Below the pieces are notes generated by a model that searched no databases, had not been told where the DNA came from, and saw only the letters and a list, made by a program, of their open reading frames with translations. DNA of 62,979 bases, filler included, from Bigelowiella natans CCMP2755 (lineage: Eukaryota > Protista > Cercozoa): the NCBI GenBank assembly GCA_000320545.1. It is 6 parts of 6 records of this genome, joined end to end, with 100 filler letters (N's around TTAATTAATTAA, not from the genome) between each part and the next. Parts side by side here need not be neighbours in the genome. Positions count along the whole stretch, not along the records: positions 47,669 to 57,875 come from ADNK01003001.1; positions 57,976 to 61,772 come from ADNK01003642.1; positions 61,873 to 62,979 come from ADNK01000758.1; 3 more parts are not named here. The stretch is one strand, 5' to 3'. Shown here in pieces: positions 55,813 through 62,979 of the stretch. The stretch's first letter is position 1. The number at the start of each line of letters is the position of its first letter. Made by a program: the position numbers and the translations under genes.

Positions 55813-56149
55813 TGTCGCGGTATATATGCATGTGCGTGCGTGGTATATGCGTGGCAGTGAGCTAGTCCATGCGTGCATGGTTCCAGCGGCAAGTAAGCAA
55901 ATCGAAACAAACGTGGTGTGCATGTGACGATATGTCATCATTGTGCAAAGCGCTGCTACATGTAGCTGTGATGTACTGGCGGCACAGCGGAGCCGGCTAC
56001 CGGCGGTGCATGTGGATCGACAGCATGCACGCACGCACATGACTATGTAGCTGCTAGATGGGTAGTCAATTAATGTGTCAATATGGCATGGCGCATGTGA
56101 CACATGCATGTAGCGCGTACCACTACGCGGGCACAAGTCACGTGCGACA
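55813..56149 (+). mobile_element. Decayed LTR related to the adjacent LTR
   Basis: Starts TGTCGCGG like the neighbouring LTR and ends GTGCGACA; shares colinear blocks (ggttccagcgg, tggcggcacagcgga, atgactatgtag, tgcatgtagcgc). Confidence 0.55.
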
Positions 56150-56471
56150 ACAAAGGGGTTGTCGCGGATATAGAATATAGATAACGTAGATATTAATACA
56201 GCATAGGCACGTGGGTTCCGGCGGGACTCATGGCAGCACACCGGAAGTGTGCTGCCCCACGTGCGGCGGCATTCGCGAAAGCTTCGCGAATGATTACGCA
56301 GTGCACGATTTAACAAAAATATAATCTTTAATAAAAATAAACAAAACTCTTCAAAAGGAAGCAAACGTGCCTTCCCCCCCCTGCCTACTTGTGCACGTAG
56401 CGCCTCGGCCTGTGAACACCTTACGCGCAACAACCTTTGGCTTCCACACACGGGAAACGATTTGACTAACA

Positions 56472-57856
56472 ATGTCACAGCAGCTAGAAGAACAGCAGGA
56501 CTTTGGCTCGCAGGCCGTGCAAGGGCACGAGCAGAAACAGGAAAGGAAGGGCGATACGGACGCTAAGGAAGGAGGAGGAACACCTCCACAGGCACCGCCG
56601 GGACCAGCACCCGGGATTAAGAAAGCAGAGCAGCAGCAGAGGCACTGGAGAACTTCTACGAGGCGGACGACGAGGACGTGGCCGCCGAAAGCAAGAAGGT
56701 CGTAATGGCATTACGAGCCTTGCGACCCAGGGCGAGCAACTACGCCAAACTGAAAGTATCGATAGAATACAAGTATCAGACACATGATGTTTGGGCAGCT
56801 ATCATGCAGGACATCATGGATTACGAAGCAGACTTACCTCCAGAGTGGGCAGCTTTGTTTAGGAACGACGGGGGTCTGGGCGCCTCGCGGGGGACGACCC
56901 AGAGCACCGTCAAGCAGCAGCAGCCGGTACAGCGGAACACCCAGTTCATGTCTGTTAAAACAGCACCGGTTATGATAACGAAATACAACGGGAAAAGAGG
57001 TGAGGCAAGGAGGTGGTGGAAGAACGCTAGGAGTATACTCTGCGACTTTACCCCTAACCCCACCGAAAACGACAAGCTCAAATGGCTAGCTATAATAAAG
57101 CAAGCCATGGACCTTTACGAGACAGGCAGGACCCGGATCAGGCAGCTGGAGAAAATACACACTACAGTTAGTGGGCTACGAGACGTTGAGGCGATAATGA
57201 AGGCTTTTGTAAATGAACAGGATGCTAACTCCCTACCCCAGGCTATTAGAAAATACAGAGCAATGATGCAGCATGAGAGAGAACCTGTTAGAGACTTTGC
57301 CACGCGCTTCCAGGATATGATCGACGAACTACATGATTTTAATTACAACACAGGTGATGATCAGGCAAGGTTTGAAGAGTTCAAGTTAAAGATAAAGGAA
57401 TCCACTTACGTTACGGAGAAAGGCTACACCACGGAAGTGTGCTGCCCCACGTGCGGCGGCATTCGCGAAAGCTTCGCGAATGATTACGCAGTGCACGATT
57501 TAATAAAAATATAATCTTTAATAAAAATAAACACAACTCTTCAAAAGGAAGCAAACGTGCCTTTCCCCCCCCCTGCCTACTTGTGCACGTAGCGCCTCGG
57601 CCTGTGAACACCTTACGCGCAACAACCTTTGAGAGAACCTGTTAGAGACTTTGCCACGCGCTTCCAGGATATGATCGACGAACTACATGATTTTAATTAC
57701 AACACAGGTGATGATCAGGCAAGGTTTGAAGAGTTCAAGTTAAAGATAAAGGAATCCACTTACGTTACGGAGAAAGGCTACACCACGATGGAGGCAGCAG
57801 TGCAGGCTATATCCCTACGCGAGCAGGACGCAGGACCGCAAGTTTACCAGCCCTAA
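56472..57856 (+). pseudogene. gag: Retrotransposon gag, frameshifted near 56620-56700 and interrupted at 57432
   Basis: KYNGKRGEARRWWKNA and MHR-like QHEREPVRDFATRF; the ATG ORF at 56472 and the main ORF are in different frames. Confidence 0.72.
57432..57631 (+). repeat. Copy of 56242-56439 (3' part of the LTR), flanked by a 157-bp gag duplication (57277-57433 / 57631-57787)
   Basis: Direct comparison: 2 substitutions and 2 extra nucleotides in the LTR copy; the gag copies look identical. Confidence 0.92.
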
Positions 57857-57875
57857 GGTACCTGGCATAGGAAAA

Positions 57876-57975
57876 NNNNNNNNNNNNNNNNNNNNNNNNN
57901 NNNNNNNNNNNNNNNNNNNTTAATTAATTAANNNNNNNNNNNNNNNNNNNNNNNNNNNNNNNNNNNNNNNNNNNN
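57876..57975. other. Artificial contig linker
   Basis: N44-TTAATTAATTAA-N44. Confidence 0.97.
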
Positions 57976-58329
57976 TGATATCATTACTGCTCCTCCTGCA
58001 ACTTACCACCTCCACCCCAACCACAAACTGCTGATATCAGTACTGCTCCTCCTGCAAACTTACCACCTCCACCCCAACCACAAACTGCTGATATCATTAC
58101 TGCTCCTCCTACAAACTTACCACCTCCACCCCAACCACAAACTGCTGATATCATTACTGCTCCTCCTGCAAACTTACCACCTCCACCCCAACCACAAACT
58201 GCTAGCAGCGTTGGTGCTCCTCCTGCAAATTTGCCGCCTCCGCCATCTGGATTAGCGCCTCCACCATCTGGATTAGCGCCTCCACCATCTGGATTAGCGC
58301 CTCCACCATCTGGATTAGCGCCTCCACCT
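57976..58329 (+). repeat. Coding tandem repeats: about 4 x 57 bp (ADIITAPPANLPPPPQPQT), then about 4 x 21 bp (PPPSGLA)
   Basis: Visible periodicity at 58030, 58087 and 58144, and across 58237-58329. Confidence 0.9.
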
Positions 58330-58925
58330 GTAACAAGCAGTCATATGGGATTGAAGCTAAATTCTTTCAAACTTAAGAACAACAACAAGAACAAGAACAA
58401 GCCCAGTGGTCGGGGGAATATTCCACCTACAAGACCAAAAACCAGCGCCTCACTAGCCGATCAAATCGCACAAGTACTAAAATTATAACATGTCATTAAA
58501 GACTCCAGTTGTTTGATAGCGTGCTAGAACACATTAGGATTGTTTTCCATGTCTTCTTCTTTCATTTTCCTGTTTACCACCAACATAATATCAGGTCCAA
58601 CTTAAATCAAGATCTGCAAGAGATAATACTGAAAAACAGTCTAACCCTGTTTCCAATGACGTATGTTATTATGGACGTGTTGCCACCACTACCACCGACT
58701 ACTACTGCTACTGCTACAATTGCTTCATTTCTTTCATACCTCGGCTTCACCATCCTTAATACTCTTCTACTACCTACTATAATCAAATGCACAATTGTTT
58801 TCTCATGATGGCCATTTTCATCTACTTACTTACAGGGGATGGGAGGTTTACGTGACGCTCTCGCAAAGATGCGTGACAACTTTGAATCTGATGATGACGA
58901 GGAGGATGAAGATTGGTCTGATTAG
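57976..58925 (+). CDS. C-terminus of a WASP/WAVE/WASH-family Arp2/3 activator (proline-rich plus WH2-C-A)
   Basis: Proline repeats, WH2-like SLADQIAQVQLKSR (across an intron), then GMGGLRDALAKMR and acidic DDDEEDEDWSD* with a Trp near the end. Confidence 0.8.
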
Positions 58926-59814
58926 CTGATGACGTCACATTGTTCAATTAAATCAATCATCACGTATTGTACATATTCTTTCACACATCATGATCCTGAC
59001 ACTTTCAAGTATAGCTTGGGATATCGCAATTGCGTTTGCGGCCTATTACAAGTGTGCGATGCGGGCATACACATCATAAGCGTGCGGCAGCATGTGTACC
59101 AAAGCCATTGTCATCTACACTTGATTTACGTGCAGGCTGCATACATATATCATCGCATCGATCGTATCGAATGTGTTCTGTACACAAAATCTAGACATGC
59201 GATACGCAGATGACATCACACTAGCAAGTACGTGCGCATGCTGTTACACATGCAGTAGGCATTCCAGTATTGGGCACATTTTCATGCATCGCACTGTACA
59301 TTACAACCGTACCTGTCTATAGCTGTGGTAGCTGCGCGAACATATATATGTGAAAGAATGTAACCAACGAACATGGCTACTTGGCCAGGCCATGCATTGA
59401 ACATTCGAATATTGCATAGCATCAGCCCATGGCTGCGCCAGCAATAGTTTGTTCGCAAGCTACAGCTAGCATAACTAGATAGGGTTGTTCCACACTGGTG
59501 TAAATAAAGATATTGGCACGCGTTGCTGGCGTTTATGTTTGGTACCACAATTTGTTATCGAGCTATGCTACGGCATGTTTTAAGTTGAAAGGACGTACAC
59601 AGTAGTAGTGTGCCTAGACTGGCTCACACATGTAGCTCTCATAGCTGTACATAGTCGCATCTGTCATGGGATATGACTTACTGCTCAACCCACTCTCTTT
59701 CACGATCGCTGCATGCGATGCATGTTTGCGCTTTTGAGAACATATAGAAGCTGCTGCAACCGGCGTGCATTAAATGTCAGTAGTGTGCTAGAAGAAGATA
59801 AAGGATCTTTTTGC

Positions 59815-61772
59815 TTAGGTTAAGATAATTTTTAATGCGGCAAGAGCTGCAGAAGCACGAGCCTCTCGTTTTGAACGTTTCCGCCTTCCCTTTATTTCAC
59901 TCATCTTCTTTTTAAGTGAAGAAGTGCTGATATTCTGTTGATTCAATGGTATCCTCACTGTTGCCATAAAGGTTGGATATGTAGAAGAAGCCTTTGTTTT
60001 GTTTCTGGGGGGAGTGCTTAAATTGTGGTTTCCGTCAATGTTGGCTTCGTCAGCAATGCCGCTGCTTTGTTTCCCCCCGTCTTTTCCCTCATTGAAGGCA
60101 CTGCTCATAAGGTATTCAGGAGGCCGAGACCAAGTTTTCAAGCAGTACTGTTTTAATTCAGCATGAGGCAACACAAAGAGTGGAGGATTATTTAACAATT
60201 ATCACCACTTTTGTGGAATCATGGTGAAAAATACTACTTCCGACTTTACTATGTCCGGAACAACAAATAAATTGAGATTTCTCCTTGTTAAAAAAAAAGA
60301 ACATAGTGTAAGATTTTCTTCTTGTGAAAATAAAAAAATAGTTTTAGCTATTAATGACCTCATTTAAGTAGGTTACTGCTTGACTCAAGGTAACAATGTT
60401 GCCATCCCGAAGCTTGACTGAAGGTTCTCTCCATTTCTTTTCCTTTTCACCTTTACTACCTTTTGTAAAAGCAGCAGCGTTGTCAACGCTGCTTTTTGTA
60501 GCAGTTCTTTGATTTGAGCGGCTTGTCCCTCGTTTTGATTTCCTTTCACGAGCAGTAGGTATAGCTACTCTGATATCAACAGTGACTTTTCCTTCTTCAA
60601 CTTGATCAGAAGAATTTCTTCCAAGAATACTTGCAAAAGCATTGCCAAATGCTGATCTTGATGATTCTGAGGCCGCAGCAGCTGTTCCTCCCGTTTCTCC
60701 TGATCTGAGGAATCTTCTTCGTCGTCCAGGATCCTTCTTTCTTTCATCGCCCAATATTTCCTTCTCATTAGTGGAAAGAATAGCTTCAGTATGCTTTTGC
60801 ATATGTTCCAATGAGATATCTGCTGGTATCCATGTGTGATTGAACACAAGCCATCTATTTCCTATATTTGTAGTCGCAGTATCAGTATCAGTTGTTGCTG
60901 CTGTCAAAATGTCCCGCGGGTGTTTCACGTCAGAATCAATCATAGCACGGTATGAGCCTTCGATTTCCTCAGATATAACCCATCTTCCTAACCCTTCGGT
61001 TTCTGTGTAATAGAAGTGCAGCTTTCCAGATTTTAAAGCAGGAAGTTTTTTAATGAAATGTGGTCTATTCTTAATGTCAGTCTGGCTTTGTTTGTACACA
61101 CCGTTTATTAATGGTATGGAATCACAAGATACTTTTATCGAATCCTTGACTTCTTCTACCAGGCGACGACTCATGCTGCTTGTCATTCCATCATCAACAG
61201 AAATGGTGTGAAGATCATTCTTTAACTCCGCTACAGCCATTGTTTCATCTATCTTCAAGGCAGCATCGTACAGAGAGGAAGAGGGGAAATGATGCCCTTT
61301 ATTATCATCATCTCCACTTCTCTCTTCATCAGAGGATTGTTGCTGCTGCTTCTTTTTATTACCGTTTTTCCTTAGTTTTTTTTTAAGCATCTCTAACTTA
61401 TTCCTAACATCCTTATCTAGAGCCCCTCCTAGTCTTCCTTGAAGATCATCATCCATAAGACGACCCCCTCCTCCTCCTAGCTTGTTCTTTTCCTCTTCGC
61501 GTAATATACGTTCCCTTTCCTCGTTTGAGCTGCTTGCGAGTTTAAGTTTTTGCTGTAACCCTAATGTCATATCTTCTACCCACCTTGCTCTATCCCCTGG
61601 AAGCTTGTTGAGATAGGTCTCGTATACGTTATATTCTTGCATAGTATGCTGCAGTTCTTCATATGCTAATTCTACTTCCTGAACAAGCATGATCGATGGA
61701 ATCACAACTCCACCGTAAGATGCAGTAGATGCTTGGACTGCTGTAGTTATCCGCCCGAACCGTATTAACGAG
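59815..61772 (-). CDS. Unknown protein with a C-terminal dsRNA-binding domain (5'-truncated at gap)
   Basis: 453-aa ORF spliced (intron about 60358-60149) to AVTYLNEYCLKTWSRPPEY...FMATVRIP...GRRKRSKREARASAALAALKIIL*, a dsRBD consensus with insertions. Confidence 0.75.
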
Positions 61773-61872
61773 NNNNNNNNNNNNNNNNNNNNNNNNNNNN
61801 NNNNNNNNNNNNNNNNTTAATTAATTAANNNNNNNNNNNNNNNNNNNNNNNNNNNNNNNNNNNNNNNNNNNN
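61773..61872. other. Artificial contig linker
   Basis: N44-TTAATTAATTAA-N44. Confidence 0.97.
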
Positions 61873-61891
61873 GGGGAGAGAGGGAGAGAGG

Positions 61892-61932
<41 letters not shown>

Positions 61933-62113
61933 GAGGCGACTGTAGAAGAGAATGGGAAACCTGAGTTGCTTCTCCTCCCTCTAAAAAAACTTACGACTTT
62001 CCGTTACTACTACTCCGTTATACCTCGCTCATCCGGCCTTCAACTTTCATCTTTGGCTGTGCAATGATGTCTAGCAGCGGGGACAAGATCTCTACTGTGA
62101 CGTTCTGGCAAAG

Positions 62114-62353
62114 AATGTTATTTTATGAAGGAGCAGCGTTATTTTCATTGCAGTTCGCTCACCACACCACCGTGTATGGACCGTAACGATAATGAGAAGA
62201 AATGCCGCACCTTGCACTCTAAGCCAGCACGCGCAAACGTGTTGTTCGAGGAGAGAAACGAGCGCAAGACGCTGGTGTTTCTTTCTTGCCGGAAACGAAG
62301 TTGCATATCCTGAATGATCGGTCAGACGCAAACACACAGGGAAATGCACACGG

Positions 62354-62388
<35 letters not shown>

Positions 62389-62979
62389 TGTGCATATACA
62401 ATTGGCTTATTCCCCTCTTCCTCTAGCTCCTCCTCCTCCCCTTTTCCTCCTCACTCTTTATCATTACCGCTCTTGGAAAATGCAGGTAGGAGGGTTGCAA
62501 GGTAGAGCACTCATGGTTTACTCCTACGCAGCAGAAAGGAATATATCTCCCAGCTCCAGCACTAACGAATCTGCAGAAGAGAGCCCAGAAGACAAATGAG
62601 TCTCACAATCACACGTCAACTGAGGGGGGGGAGGGTGAGGACGTGTACCCCGAATTCTTCCGAGAATGGGTTCCAAATACATCGGCTATCGAGAGATACT
62701 CAGCAGCCTGGTGTCGGTGGCGAAAACAAATCTCAGGTACGTATTTCTGGCCACGATATCGACGGGCAGGAAAAGAGTGCACCCTCCCACCCTCCCCCTT
62801 TTTCCCAACACCTCTGCTGTGTGAGCAACATCAACATCCACGTACGGCTGGTGGGGATAGTTAAAGTGCACGCCCTCCAGAATCTGATCATCATCATTTG
62901 TTTCAGTGGCGAGCTTGAGAGCGATCGGGCCTATTCTCTGGCTTGTCGTGATGATGCATATATAAACCATTGACGATGC
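62114..62979 (+). CDS. Possible exons of a hypothetical protein
   Basis: Exon-like blocks bounded by AG/GT between microsatellite-containing introns; no recognisable domain. Confidence 0.25.

Larger units (their letters stand above)
56160..57875 (+). mobile_element. LTR retrotransposon 5' portion (LTR 56160-56432, PBS 56438-56455, gag), rearranged and truncated at gap
   Basis: TG...CA ends with imperfect inverted termini (TGTCGCG/CGCAACA); TGGCTTCCACACACGGGA is complementary to a CCA-ended tRNA-like 3' end; gag ORF follows. Confidence 0.8.

Noticed and set aside
57976-58330. CRISPR-like repeat array
   Set aside because: Contiguous tandem repeats without unique spacers, in frame within a proline-rich CDS.
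60149-60300. In-frame TGA TAA before the dsRBD ORF, suggesting an alternative genetic code
   Set aside because: The stops lie in a GT-AG intron whose removal restores the dsRBD consensus; TAA, TAG and TGA all serve as normal stops in this window.
31160-61872. Five identical TTAATTAATTAA motifs inside N runs
   Set aside because: Synthetic six-frame stop linkers; not biological, and synteny across them cannot be assumed.
2609-62390. Microsatellites of similar length (about 30-40 bp), and HTHT/YIYI/poly-residue ORFs
   Set aside because: The uniform length is probably k-mer collapse in a short-read assembly; the ORFs are translations of intronic repeats.

Overview
Intron-rich, microsatellite-rich eukaryotic nuclear DNA made of six contigs joined by artificial 100-bp linkers (N44-TTAATTAATTAA-N44, a six-frame stop), so adjacency across gaps is unproven. 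The gene content and the bipartite leaders (one ending in LRGG) suggest an amoeboid alga with a complex plastid, such as a chlorarachniophyte (inference). Splicing exons by hand gives, in order: a large PHD/AP2-like/zinc-finger nuclear protein (-), a dynamin-related GTPase (+), a 7-finger C2H2 protein (+), a eukaryote-type aspartyl-tRNA synthetase with a bipartite leader (-), Snapin (+), RRP6 (-), an ALKBH8-like protein (-), an HMG-box protein (-), a group X phosphofructokinase with a PTS2-like nonapeptide (-), alpha-actinin (+), anoctamin (-), a soluble pyrophosphatase (+), a rearranged LTR retrotransposon, a WASP-family VCA protein (+) and a dsRBD protein (-). Most short ORFs in the supplied track are spurious. 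Three signals stand out. (1) Genes almost always alternate strand, and spacers at gene 3' ends have a distinct alternating purine/pyrimidine composition, several rich in CTAG; one is nearly free of TpA outside CTAG, hinting at a context-specific mutation or modification system. (2) The PFK may be peroxisomal. (3) Cytosol-type translation enzymes carry organelle-targeting leaders. Exon boundaries and counts were done by eye.
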